From the NCBI GenBank assembly GCA_037379345.1, contig CM074514.1:21018001-21082000 (forward strand): 64,000 bases of DNA. Reading direction: 5' to 3'. The notes below the pieces were generated by a model. That model was not told the origin of the DNA, searched no databases, and saw nothing but the letters and a program-made list of their open reading frames with translations. This document shows, in pieces, positions 1-13,849 of this stretch (position 1 is the stretch's first letter; the number at the start of each line of letters is the position of its first letter). The stretch comes from Perna viridis. Lineage: Eukaryota. The position numbers and the translations under genes were made by a program.

Positions 1-499
1 GAGTATCGCGCTTCGTATTTGGTCTTATACATCCATTACAATGACCAATACACTGAAATTAACGTTGACATGGACCATGCAAAAGTCATATTCTGAGTCA
101 TACTTCGATACATACATGAAATTAAAACCTTTCGACAGTAAAAAATAATAAAAGTAGATCTGGATTGTTTGTAGATATAAGCGTGTACGTGATTGACGCT
201 TTACTCAATAAGTTTTTTTTTGTTCTGTGAAATAGAAAAAAAAACGATAGTCTTTAATTATCTTGACTTCAATCTTTAATTTTTAGTAAGACTATCGTAT
301 AAAGTGCTGTTGATTTATTTGTATTTTTCTATATACGCTTGTCTTGTTCATACACTATGAAAATGGATCTGAAATACAATACAGATAATACGTTCAGACT
401 TTAAAACAAGATTTTGGTTTGCTAAAAACATAAAAGGACTCACCTTTTTTGGTTATTCATTTTGACTATTGCCTACAGTTATCAAATCGGTAATTTTGT

Positions 500-1750
500 T
501 ATGAACCTTCATGTTTTCAAAACATATCCGGTGTACTTTATAAAATAAGATGATATAAACTTCAAAGACATATAGCAATACTAATTTTTTTAACAGTGAT
601 AAATTTGTAAATATTTTTGGAAGTTTGCGATGAATCGATTTCGTTAATAATTATCTAATACTTTATAACAAATATGAGCAAAACGGACTACCGTAAGTGC
701 GTGCTTCAGGGCCATCTCAAATCAACAATAGGAAAATCACCTATGTCATAGTTCTGTTATGAAGGTTGCCATTTTCTAATGTAATATCCATATCAAGAAG
801 AGAGGTGTACGAGTACTATTACGGTTACATATGGTAATTTTACTTCTTTTTGGTATATATCTTGAACATAGTTTCCGACTTTAGGATTATACTCGGCGAA
901 ATATCATCAAGGCAACTAAAATATTATCATTAAATTCACGCAATAGATAATGTTTTGAAGCATCTTGATAGCGTTAAGCAATGGACTTTGATTTGTAACA
1001 ATAGAGAGATAAATTGGCTATGAGAGGAGCATAGTTTATCTCCTTTGGAATACCAACAACCTGTCTGTAAAAAATATTAACAAATCGAATATAATTATAA
1101 TTAAAAATTGCTTTTATCAAATCTAAACATGACCTATAATGTATTTATACTGTTTTAAATAACTGCAAAATACATTGTAAACATTATCAAAATCGTTTTA
1201 CTGCTCGGAAGTCACTGTAGAAGTATTCATCGGCGCAATGGTTTTATACCAATATGATAAATCCAGTATGACTATGGATTAAAGAGGCTGTTTTATTTCT
1301 TGCACTCTATAATCTAACTCTGAAATTAAATTAAACTTAAAGATTGACAACTGAAGTTTCAAATTGAAATTGTAAAGGAATCATCCGATAGTTGAATTTC
1401 TTCAAATACCGTAATAAATTTGTGTGTATTGGAACATAAATTTGGCTGAAGAATTCCTTTATTAAACGTTTACCTTATTGTTTAAAGTAGTGCATAGCTA
1501 TTGTCGACAATAAAGGAATGATAACGTTGATATTTAACTAAAAAATATATTTAATGAATTACAGAATAAAAACAACAACTAATTTGCCGATATATATTCC
1601 CATGATGATGAACATGACTATATTTATTCTATATCAGATTATTTGCTGCTAAATATAGTGGGATCTATCCCTTTCAGATTGGTTTGATAAATGTATCATG
1701 GTTTTCTGGGATAGTTACATGTCTCCTTATTTTCAATCCAGAAATATACT
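500..1750 (-). pseudogene. Ancient, heavily decayed Penelope-like (Naiad-type) reverse transcriptase relic
   Basis: Minus-strand fragments read FYRQVVGIP..NYAPLIANL.LY (~990-1075) and LLDMDITLENG (~765-800). These match motifs of the younger PLE copies in this window. Many stops and frameshifts; boundaries approximate. Confidence 0.55.
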
Positions 1751-4700
1751 TTAAAAAGAACCATTATTTTTTTTCGTAACAATTATCAGTCTAAACATGA
1801 TGCATATCTTGTACGTAGAATGATAAAAGATATTAAAACAATCCATACCATACTTCTAAAATGGCTAGGGGAACCGTTGGAAACATCGTCTCTGCGAAAT
1901 TGGAATTACATTGCACACTGTGTTACCCACAAGTTGTAGGTATGTCTATGATAATCCGTATACTGTGCATAAACAAAGTTAATGAATCGAAATATGAATG
2001 AAAACATATTTCATTTTTTCTTTCTTACTTCAATTTCTCAAAGTAGGTCACCATATAAACTTATGCATTTTGATTTGACTAAAACATCAATAGTTATAAT
2101 GGTATTGAAATAATGTAACATTTTAAATGTAAATGAAGGTGTGCAGGGACAAAATTTAGGACAACACTAGTCTTCCTTTTCTTTGATTACAAGTCATATA
2201 CGGGAATTGCTTAGACAACAACTTTTAAAGGACTAGATGATGGATGAGGCTTTTCCTGAATTATTGTAATGGTAACAGCATAATGTAAAGCTATCATATT
2301 GTCTCAAACACCGTGTACAGTCCCTTGACAAAAGTAAAACTCTTCACAGACGGATTTATACAGCCTTACTTTAAGAACTGGTCGTAAAAAGAAATGAATA
2401 GCTGTAATTGTTATGTTTTGTGTTTTATTTAGCGGATAACGGTATGAAACTTGTAACTGTGCCGATGTGAGGTCATATCTAAGCGATGAACAAAGTATAG
2501 AATTCCCCGTAGACGGATATACGGACCTATGATAAAACTAGACACAGAAAATTGAAGTACTATTAATTTCATCTAAGCATAATAAAATAAAATAAAATCT
2601 TATTGAATTTATGAATTGAAAAAAGTCTAAATATATATTCTATAACAAAATGACATCTATGTGATTTTGATAACAGCAAATATTGATAACATCATCCGTA
2701 AACATATATTTGTGATTCAAAGTTAAACTATTATTTATTTATGTCAGAAACTCAATGAGGCTTTGGAATAAACATTTCACAATTCCTCCGTTACAGTCCT
2801 GCATATGATTTGTACATTGAAGTTCAAGTTATTTATAAGTAATTTGGTGAATATTGTTATAAAATCCACTAGCCATGGTAACTTACTGAAAAAATATTAC
2901 TAAGTTTTAGTACAAATCAGGGGTGCCTTTCCAAAACGAACAGCCAAATACTATGTTTTATAAAATATCGGACACTTAGACACTACCACAGGATGAAAGC
3001 ATGCATGGAGTAGGTGGAAAAGGGTAAAACTAATAAGACCCTTTTCGATTCATTCTCTCACAATTTTTAGTTTCAAAAGTTTGTGCGAAACAAAGTATTT
3101 TGAAAATCAGTCATCTGATGCTGAGGAGAGGCAGGGAACTGAAACGTACCGAATACCATTCTTCATTTAAATTACTCCTGTTTACCATTACATATATTAC
3201 ATCTGTCTATGTATAAATGCTTAACTACATTTAAACAATATATCCACCAAAATTTCAACTTTTAATTTTAAGTTTTATAAAATTCGACGGGGTAACTTGG
3301 TGTGCGAAACAATGCCCCTCAATGTAATTGTATAGTGCACCCTGACGGATCGATGACCGTTGACTGATTGATCGATGACGTACCGATAACCGATGACCGG
3401 TGACCGGTCTGACCGCAGTTTTGCTATGTAAAATGACGAATGATCTGTTCATGTAAATTTAAGAATTTCCACTGAAACGAATCTAATATACTATCATATT
3501 GAATTTACCCTAAATTTAATATATCGTATTCATAAACTAACAAATGTGAAATAAAAGTAATTAAATGATATTTAAATCTGTTGCATTGAGTAAATTTCAG
3601 TAAAATAGACAAACGAAACAGTGGAATCCGTAAAACATATTGACCGCTCAGTGGTCACGTGATGATATCACCGGTTTAATGGATCGGTTTGATAGATCGA
3701 TGACTGATCGGAGACCGCAATTTTAGTTGCATGGATCGGTTCAGGAACTGTAATTCACTTGCAGTTTTGTGGATGCAGCTGACGTGCTCTGTTTTTTTTT
3801 AAGTACTGTCGAGTGTAAATGTCCCGCGTTCAATGGTTACAAAAATATGATGAGTAACGGATGTGTCTTTTGTAAATCACAAGACTCCTCAAATGACACT
3901 GAACTACTATATTCCCCTGCTATCGTTATTTAATTGAAGGTAAAATTACTAGAACAGATGATATGAACCATTTATACTATAATATTTTGCATATGTTATA
4001 TGATGTATAATACAGCTACTTTATGTAAAGCCATAAGAGAAAAAGTCTTAAAGATTTAGGCACTATGTTAGTTATTAAAATTTTCTGTATCACTTTTTAT
4101 AAACAAATCGTAATTTACATAGGTTTATCAATACTGTAAGCCTTTCTGTGTAGTTTAGCACTGGTTCTGTAAAGAAGACACTTTAGCAGACTATTCCTTA
4201 TTGAGATATGTTTTACATACTACCGACAAGGGGTCTTTTTCGCGTAGTCTTATTTGTTTTGTTTTGATTTTACTTTTGTTTTGTTTTTTGTTTTTTGTTT
4301 TTTGTATTGTTTTGTTTTTTGTTTTTTTTTAAATATTAAAAATGAATTGATATCCCCACTTCCTCTGAATAAAGCACTACCATAGTTTTATCTTTAAAAC
4401 AGCATAAACTGTCCTTACAATATAAAGTCTGGCCGATATTAAAAACCTAAGCCAATGTCGATTCTTTTAAAAAATGGACAGTTTTCGATACGTAATTACA
4501 AATGAACCGAACGAAGATAACCTTGCCATGTCCGATTTAAGAATGGTCTCCACATGTTTAAGATAGAAATACACATATTCAAAAAAAGAAAAGCATTGCA
4601 TAACACATAATGTGAACGATGATCATACTTTTTTAATGTTTTTTTTAATAGCAATAGTTAGACATTTGCATTTTAATCATGCGTAGTTTGCCCCAAAACC

Positions 4701-6925
4701 TAAATTGTTTGACACTTCTCCGATTTATCCCTATTTTATTAGTGCACAATTAGTGGTTTGTTGTCATAATTATTTTTTCCAAACAAAAACATATCAAGAA
4801 ATGCAAGTGATGATCTAACAATATTTTTACTAATCCTGCTAACATAACATTGCTACCCCTTGAAGTTGTATTGAATATACAAAGAATATTGTATTAAATT
4901 ATTACGTTATAAAAAATGATAATAATTTCTCCATCTATTTTCAGTATTGACAGAAACCTTATCCGATGAAAGTAATATTAGGGGATCTGATGAATATAAG
5001 GAAATAAACATAATTTTCTTTAAGATATTTTACACCATAATCTCTCCAATAGTCATCATTAAATATCATTATTGTTATGGTTAAAATAACTTTTCTTGAA
5101 AATAGGCATATTCTAAAACATGGCCTTCCTGGTCTGGCCTATATTTTGAAAATTCTAACAACCTGGTTTGGCCTAAACATTTTTGGTCTCATTCTTTTTT
5201 GCAAAAAATAATGACTGAATCTACCTCGTCAACTTTATTCAACAAAGTGCAATTTTCTAATATGTTATGAGTTAGATTGAAATAGATTGACCAATGTGAT
5301 GAGTTTTGCTGACAAGACAATATTTGTAAAGGTATTATGGCCTGTCATTATCTTCGAATATAACCACTGGTTTATATTCTGTTAGAAAATGTTTGTTTTA
5401 TCTTTTCTTATTTATTGCTTAAAATTTGATTGCCAACATTTTATGTCATTTGTGAGGCCATCGATGTGTTTATTCCAGGATGGATTTCACTGTGGTCAGC
5501 TTATTTATTCTAAAAGAGATTCAATATTAACATGCAAAAGATAGTTGACCACATGATAAATGAAACAAAAAATAAAAGGAAAATACTTACACTACCCTTG
5601 GAAATTCATAAACAAATTATGATCCACCCGTTCTACAGAGAAAATAGTTTATCCCCCTTCCCCCTCCCCTTTGCTAATAAAGTGATGGTACGTAAAGAAA
5701 CATTGGTTTATTGTAGACGAACGATTTAAAGTAATTAAGTAGCACTTCGTTTAAGAATCATGCAAAATGTGATTCACGGATGGGAAGCTTGCATATTTTT
5801 ATTTATGATATGTTGTTTAAGAGGTTATAGAAAACAGAAAATATCATGTGGCTTTTTAAATAAAACCTGTTCGTAGGGGAGTAAAAATTATATAGAATGT
5901 ACTGTAGAATTTAAAGTTAAGGGAGATAACTCTTAAAATGGCACGAAAATACAATAGAAGCTGTTAGATTTTCAACGTGGATTATCTCCTAAGAGCAGAT
6001 GGATTGGAATGTATAATAATACATATCATCACATACACCTATAAAGCCACCTATAATTAAAATAAAAATGCGTTGCCTTTTTGAGGGTGTATTACATATT
6101 AGAGAATTTGCACGATTCTTAGAAAGACAACTACTTAAACATTAAAAAAAACTTCTTATTAAGGGAACAACTCGTATAATGTCAGTTGACATTCATTACC
6201 AATTACATTATCTTAAGAAATATCATTCAAATCTTTCGTTGTATTTATATGAATATATATTTACAAATATTGTAACCGCCTGGTGATGACTTTGTAGGAT
6301 ATGGTCAAAATTCCTTGTAACATCGAAGTAGCCTTGAAGTGAAACCGATTTTTTTTTCAAGTTTACCAAATAATTTTCGAAATTTAACAGTCTCAGAAAG
6401 TTAACCAAAATCGCCTCAATTGTAAAAATGTGATAATTGAGAAAACGAAACCAAAAATTCTACATACGAACGTGCAATGGTCTAAATGGTTTAAACCAAA
6501 TCGCCAATCTTCTGACAGAAAAACACATGTATATATCATGGAATGTAACACTAAATGTTACCATTTATCATTGAATATCAATATAAAATGTCATGTGACC
6601 GGTATATTAGTTATGACACTTTGTGTACAATAGCAATCGCTGTGAACAACGGATGAATACGACTATGTCAATTTTTGCGTGAAAATTGAAATTGGTAGAT
6701 TCCTTTAAAAGTATTAAGAAAATCCATTTTCGTGTTCAAAATGTGTTAAATACTGCCAATTTAAGCATATGTTTTATAATTTGATCGAAATGTTTCATTC
6801 ACTTTGGATAATTCTATTAAGATTGAATTCAATCGTGTATTAATCAAAATTGATCTTGATTAACTTACAACTTATTTCAATGTATGTATTTATTAACAAA
6901 CATATATATGATGTCTTGAAGTTCA

Positions 6926-7155
6926 AGAGTAATCAAGGGAACCAAGGTTATAGCGGTAATCAAAAGAATGTAATCCAGGGACAAAGACCAGACATGGAAA
7001 ACAGACATACACAACAAAGAACATAAAGTAACTAAAATTATACATACAAAGTAACAAAAGTAAATGAGCAACTCGGACTCCACTAAAAACTGGGAGCATA
7101 GACCAGGTGCACCGGTAGGGTAAGCGTCCTCTGCTTTTCTAGGAACACCCGCCGA
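6926..7155 (-). mobile_element. Naiad-like Penelope element, 3' UTR fragment
   Basis: Reverse complement of the 3' end seen at 19259-19842 (AGAAAAGCAGAGGACGCTTACCCTACCGGTGCACCTGG...CCTTGGTTCCCTTGATTACTCT). Confidence 0.8.
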
Positions 7156-7174
7156 AAACTAAGCCTATCTCTGT

Positions 7175-7344
7175 ATGGTTTAACGCCACGTTATGTGAGC
7201 ATATTATTATGGTTTAACGCCACGTTATGTGAGCAGATTATTATGGTTTAATGCCACGTTATGTGCGCAGATTATTATGGTTTAACACCACCTTATGTGA
7301 GCAGATTATTATGGTTTAACCCCACGTTATGTGAGCAGATTATT
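7175..7344. repeat. Minisatellite, 5 x 34 bp
   Basis: Unit ATGGTTTAACGCCACGTTATGTGAGCAGATTATT starts at 7175, 7209, 7243, 7277 and 7311, with 0-2 substitutions each. Confidence 0.95.
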
Positions 7345-9785
7345 TTATGTTTATATTTTAATTATTGATTCAAGTAATTAATAAATCTATACCGTAGACT
7401 AATAACAACAGCTTGTTATATCTTAACCAAGTAGAGGTCATTAGTAACTACCTTTGTTAAAGAAAAATCTTTTAATCAACATAAGACGAAGGTCGGTGAT
7501 TTAGATGTACATTTAGATGTGCGGTTGTTGTCTCGTTGACATATTCACCATACATTTTCTCGTTATGATAGTAAAATTACCAAGCTGGTACGAGATCACA
7601 ACTATCTGCTCTTAGTTTTCGTTGTATACGAATATAGTTCGTATAATAAAGGGGGATTTTTCAAAAAATTTTACAAACACTTCCTTTCAGAATTTCTCAC
7701 ACTTTTTGTGCTCAAATGGAAGAAGAATAATGAAATTATTTTAGTAGATGTGTTGAAATGAGAAATTTGACATTTAGGTTGTGATTTGGTGAGGTCAAAC
7801 AAAAGGTCATGTTTGTAACATCCGGAAGCCATTTTGGGTCATTTTTTAGGGTATCTCTGTGTTTATGCATTTAAATTGAAAAAATAATGGTATTTTTTTT
7901 ATATATTTTTTATATAAGTTGTTGGAAATTAACATCCCTGAAAATCTGAATTGAATTGCGCTGGTGGATTTTTTTTTAAATTACAGAAAGGCTATAAAGA
8001 AGATAGTGGGAAAATTAATTGTGGTTTCGTGCCAGCTGACACACTCCGTGCAATAATCAAGAGGAAAAGTCGGAAAAGAAAGTCCGTTTAACATAGGCAG
8101 TATCAAGGCAAAAACTGGGAAGTTTTGAAACAACCGCAATGGCCCTAGTAAGGTAAAGACGTTTCTGATATTCTGGTTTAACCTGTTTTTGTATCGCGCT
8201 GAAACTTCCGCTTCCATTACCATTAAATGTTTCTGAATATAGCAATACAAGCAGGTAGCATAAAATTGCTACCTGGAAACAGATGGTAAAAATCAGTATT
8301 TATTTTAACCTAAAAGGCTGAGGGCGTATATTAATACGAAACGGGTGTGAACCTTCTCATAAAGATATACGATTACTATCTTTTCTTTTTAAAATTAATG
8401 AAGTGAAAAGTCTGCTTTCCAAGAAAAATCAATTTGATGCTGAGTAAAATTTTCTCAATGACATAATCTCACAGATGATTGGTCAACTAATTATAGTTTT
8501 CAACATCCCTCTCCAGTTGATACATGATAATTTCCATCCCCCTCTCCATGAAATATCTACCTAATCAGACAACATAAATTTACAATAAAAAGTTTTTTTC
8601 CATGAATACCTTGGAAACAAACGAATAAGGAGAGTTTTGTAAAGCTAATAGCATTTGGCTTGAAGCAAATGTCAAGATGGGAAAAAAGCCGTCGTCGTTC
8701 AAACAAACATCGATAACACAAGAAACCAACCAGTAACAACACTTCCCAAATATACATTCATATAAAAAGACAACAAGGTGTGGTCTTCTTATTGTCAAGT
8801 TGTTAATTTTTTTGATAGTCTCTTGCAAAATTTAGTGGAATGTCGAATCGTTCAAGGATAAAAAAAATTTTAACACTCACGAAATTTATATTTAAATGTT
8901 CCAAATCTAAAAATGTGACTATTATGAGAACGAAAAAAACTTCAAACCTACAAAAACAAAAGAACTATGCAAGGATTTTATTTAATAGGCTAAATCAAAT
9001 TAAGTCAATCTTCTAAAGCACGTGTGTGTATATCACAGAATACAACACTAAATAATACCAATATAATTCCAATCTAATAAGCATATGTGTTTTTTGTGCA
9101 TTGTGATTGCTTGTTCACCTCTTATGACTTCCGCTATGACAGTGTAAATTCCATGTGCAAATCGTAAACATCGTGTGTACCATTACTTCGACAAAAGATA
9201 GAGCCGTTTAGAGGCTTAACGGTATTAACTGCCTTACTCAATTCATTTTCGACATTGTGTATTCAAAACAACAATTTTGAAAGAAAATATAGTTATCAGT
9301 AGACCGTAAATACTTTACATATTGAAATTGACAAACATGTCACGTTGTCGGTTGGATGCCGCCATTTCCAATGGCGATTTCGGGTGTCAATTTTCACTGA
9401 ATGAGAGTTTAAAAGAAGTAGTCCATGGACTGGGAGGGTGCAACACCCACCCATCCCCCCACACCCCGCCCGCATCAACTTCATGGTGATTTTTAGGTGC
9501 CTTTATACCTCCCATTACCTAATCAATTTGTCGCAAAAGAATATTCTCGGATTCTTTTTCAGTATAAGCTTATATTGGTACCTCGACGGGTCAAAAAGCC
9601 AAGATTTTTGTGACTCAATTGTTTGAGTGTCTTAGCTTTCCTGGGATAGCATGTGTGAACAAATTAAACAAATTTAGGTATCATCGTATAGCCCAATCTC
9701 TCAGCTTTACAATGGTACCAAAAGCTTGCTTATGGTAAAAAACTACGGTATTCTGAACAAAAGGGAAATAAATGGTGATATAGAA

Positions 9786-9999
9786 AGAGTAATCAAGGGA
9801 ACCAAGGCTATAGCGGTAATCAAAAGAATGTAATCCAGGGACGAAGACCAGACATGGAAAACAGACATACACAACAAAGAACATAAAGTAACTAAAACAT
9901 ACATACAAAGTAACAAAAGTAAATCAGCAACTCGGACTCCACTAAAAACTGGAAGAATGGACCAGGTGCACCGGTAGGGTAAGCGTCCTCTGCTTTTCT
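9786..9999 (-). mobile_element. Naiad-like Penelope element 3' fragment, fused directly to a SINE
   Basis: Same 3' UTR family. It stops at TGCTTTTCT and runs straight into SINE sequence at 9999/10000. Confidence 0.8.
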
Positions 10000-10366
10000 G
10001 GAATGGGGTACCCCTGGCGTTTTACATGCTGGGGTTGTCAGGCTATAATACGGAAAACCTGACCGCAAACCATAGTGGTGCACCGTGTTGGGAAAGACGC
10101 CACGTTCCTCGCACGTTAACGAACCCTGCTGTGGTATTCGATAGGAGTAGGAACCTTTGCGCTCCGCCACAGGAGGCTAAATTGCCCGACCTTACCCATC
10201 CCCCCTTTTTCCAGTGGCAATCAAAATTTGTCGACCCTATCATCTTTGTGTCCCATCCTTTTTTTCCATTTCATGTTCATTTAATCATCCATTTCATGTT
10301 CATCGTCTGAATATAGCTGAAATATTGCTGCTCGGACGTTAAACCCCAACAAACAAACAAACAAAC
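9999..10366 (+). mobile_element. SINE (Nin/Deu-domain-like), 5'-truncated, subfamily A
   Basis: Near-identical to the 3' two-thirds of 47309-47796 (reverse complement). Ends GGACGTTAAACCCCAA(CAAA)n. Confidence 0.85.
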
Positions 10367-11280
10367 TGAAATCCTGAAAATTCCCCCTCTTATGATTTTA
10401 TAGTAATTATTACCCCAAAAAAAAGTCTGAGCGCCTTAATCGATCAGATATATTGGGAGCATCAATATCTTTATTATGGATACCTAAAATATGAGTTTTA
10501 CGGTGTCGGTATGCTGTGAATGAGAATTCTGTTTGATACTGAGACCAGAGTTCTAGGGATAGGGGTAATATTTTTTTTTAAAAAGTTTTTTTTTTTGAAA
10601 ATCCTTTCTTTGAAATTAGTTTGTCGTTTAGAAAATTAAATTACCTATCGAATGATACCAAATGTTTGACGTTTTATTTGAGTAATAACTTGTATAGTCG
10701 AATTTGTGTGACTTTTAACCAAAAAGTCAAAAATCCCATTTTTACCCGTTTTTACTGCAAAACCCTAAGTGTTACCCCAACTTTCTTGGTACTACTGTAA
10801 AGCTGAAACATTGTGCTACATGATGATACATACATATTCAGTTTACTTCGTTCTAAAAAAAAAAGAAGTTCTCAGAATCAAAAAACTTATAGATTTTTGC
10901 CTCAACGAGGTATAAAAAAAGTAGCCAAAATACGTGTGGGTGCACGTTGGTTATCTCAGTCCACATACAAAAGAAAAAAAAACTAATATTTCAGATCTCA
11001 GTAAGGGATTGGAATTACTAAGATTAAGCACTGTTTTTCCAGAATTTATGGATGTGTAGAAAAGGACCATTCACTCACAAACCTGACATAAAAATGTTTT
11101 GGATTTTTATTTGTTTTTTGAGCGACTAGTCCGATTTTATGCATCAATTAATTTTGAAAAAAAAACAGTGTTTAATCCTATAATAAAATGTCGTATGTAA
11201 GATACATTGGTTATGTCAGGGAAGTTTTGTAAAGTAGCGATCACCGAATCAACAATATAATGCCAATTAATTTACTTGAT

Positions 11281-11588
11281 TGAAAACTGATGTATTCAAC
11301 GGGTCATAGTTTTCCTTTCCTCGTTTGTCTACCCCAGACTTGACTTGTTATGAGCAACTCGGCGGGTGTTTCTAGAAAAGCAGAGGACGCTTACCCTACC
11401 GGTGCACCTGGTCTATGCTCCCAGTTTTTAGTGGAGTCCAAGTTGCTCATTTACTTTTGTTACTTCGTATGTATGATTTTAGTTACTTTATGTTCTTTGT
11501 TGTGAATGTCTGTTTTCCATGTCTGGTCTTCGTCCGTGGATTACATTCTTTTGATTACCGCTATAACCTTGGTTCCCTTGATTACTCT
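11281..11588 (+). mobile_element. Naiad-like Penelope element 3' end
   Basis: Last codons of the RT ORF (KTDVFNGS*) followed by the family 3' UTR ending GATTACTCT. Confidence 0.85.
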
Positions 11589-12699
11589 TGAACTTCAAGA
11601 CATCATATATATGTTTGTTAATAAATACATACATTGAAATAAGTTATAAGTTAATCAAGATCAATTTTGATTAATACACGATTGAATTCAATCTTAATAG
11701 AATTATCCAAAGTGTTTAACACATTTTGAACACTTAAATTATTTTGTTTCTAAATAGTCGATAAGAAACCCCCGCGTGTTTAAAATTCGTTCATTTTTTA
11801 CATTTTAAAATTCCCGTACATGGCCCAAGTGAACACATATATAGGTCCCTATTTACAGCAAAAACAATTTGGAGAATTCTTTTAAAAATTTGAATCAAAC
11901 GTTTAGGAATCAAAATTAATTAATCCCACTGACAACTTATCCAAAATTACGTAATTTTTATAAAACAAATAAAATTTCTTAATATATTTGAAAAAAGTAA
12001 GCCTACCTCTCTATGCATTAATACCACCATATTTTCGCAGATGTTTGTCTGTTTATAATTCAATCATTGATTAAAGCAATACATGATGTACACAGTATAT
12101 TTATAACAATAGCTTGTTATATCTTAGTCAAGAAGAGGTCATTCGTAAATATCTTTGTTGAAGAAAAAAAATCTTTTAATCAACATAAACAGAAAGGTCG
12201 GTATTAACTCTAAGTATCGGAAACTGAACTCTAAAGCCATTGAGATCAGTATAACATCAAATGTGTTCGAAGTGAATTTGTTGTAACTTGTAAATATAAC
12301 GAGATTATGTATGGTGTATAATTCAGCGACAACAACCCTACCGGGATTAAAATATCACCCAAAGGCCATCCATTGGTCTTCAATGAACCACAAGAAAATC
12401 CTCATATCACAGAGCAGTCTACAGCCGGCCCAATACTTCATTATAAACAGGTACAGCGAAAGTCATACAGAGTCAAGAAACATACTTTAAAACATTTAAA
12501 ACAATTATTTGTATTTAGAAAAGGCCGAACACATTTTTACATACGAATCGGATGTGAGCCGTCCGTCTCAAATAAATATGTGATTTATGTCTTGTTGAAA
12601 AGTAAGTAAATCACGAGATACTTAAGACAAATATTGACTGTTACTAGTCACACAAAACGTTTAAAATTAAAAAATAACTCATTTAATTTTAAATGTAAA

Positions 12700-13091
12700 A
12701 TTACAAAAGATGTTCTACGTCCAAGAACAACAAGGTATGGCATATTCAGTGATGATGTTCCACTGCCATGAACAAAGTATGACATAAAGCGTTCTAGCTT
12801 TGATGCAGCAAAATTGTGGACCATATACGGAGCGTATCAACCTTTGAACACTTCAAAAATTTTATTTTTACATCTTTTACAATTTGCTGCTATTGTTAGT
12901 GCTTGACGCTTAGTAATAGCATATGTGCTTTAATATGTATCATGTGTGTTTTACTTTGTCTTTTATGCTTATGATTGTTATTTGTTTTAAAATATTAAGT
13001 CGGTTATAGGACTCTACAGAGCTCATGATTTCTCAGCTTTTTTGTACATCCACTGTACGACTCGAAATAAAATTTACTTACAGACTTACTT
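12700..13091 (+). mobile_element. CR1/L2-type LINE 3' fragment
   Basis: Decayed ORF2 C-terminus (RTTRYG...SFDAAKLW) followed by a 3' UTR ending AATAAAATTTACTTACAGACTTACTT, a short-repeat tail. Confidence 0.5.
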
Positions 13092-13112
13092 AATCAAAGA
13101 CTCCACACATGA

Positions 13113-13613
13113 TTTTTTGTTTGTTTGTTTGTTGGGGTTTAACGTCCGAGCAGCAATATTTCAGCTATATTCAGACGATGAACATGAAATTGATGATAAA
13201 ATGAACATGAAATGGTGAAATGAAAAAGGGATGGGACACAAGGACAATGGGGCCGACAAATTTTGATTGCCACTGGAAATGGGGAGAGTTGGGTAGGGTC
13301 GGGAAATTTAGCCTCCTGTGGCGGAGCCCTATGGTTCATACTCCGGGAGAATACCACAGTAGGGTTCTTTAACGTGCGAGGAACGTGGCATCTTTCCCAA
13401 CACGGTGCACCACTATGGTTTGCGGTCAGGTTTTCCGTATTATAGCCTGACAGCCCTAGCATGTAACACGCCAGGGTTACCCATTCCACCACCTGGGGCA
13501 CACATCCCAGTTGCTCTGCGCCCGGCTACGGTTCTGAGCACTATTTAGTCGCCTTTTACGACAAGCTTGGCGCTGCTGCAGGCCTATTCTTTTAACACCC
13601 GGACCTGCACGGG
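13113..13613 (-). mobile_element. Full-length SINE (Nin/Deu-domain-like), subfamily B
   Basis: Starts CCCGTGCAGG at 13613 and ends in (CAAA)n. Flanked by the 12-bp TSD CTCCACACATGA (13101-13112, 13616-13627). Confidence 0.9.
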
Positions 13614-13849
13614 ACCTCCACACATGAAACAGCAAGACCAAAACTATAATTATTAACTTGTCTGCAGCTGACTAGTGCATACATGTACATGTAATTCTAG
13701 TTACATCATAAATATAGTTGTGAATGTAACATTATAATTCACTTTCTTTACCTGAATAATTATTTAAATTACTATAATAAGGACTAACTCAATATAGTTG
13801 ATGTAATTGTTACACTTCATATATTTTTTTGTGCAAGCAGGATGCACTT

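Noticed and set aside
1861-2540. Exon-like segments (ATG at 1861 to a GT donor near 1940; acceptors near 2138 and 2432)
   Set aside because: No phase-consistent open frame or recognisable protein could be assembled.
3345-3725. Two CpG-rich patches of GATCGATGAC/GACCG motifs
   Set aside because: Degenerate short repeats, probably a transposon relic; no termini, TSD or ORF could be defined.
10026-10310. Recurring ORFs MLGLSGYNTENLTANHSG... (also 13139, 15048, 47333) and MESELLIYFCYF-type ORFs as a gene family
   Set aside because: They are incidental translations of SINE and Naiad 3' UTR copies with TSDs and tails; frames and ends differ between copies.
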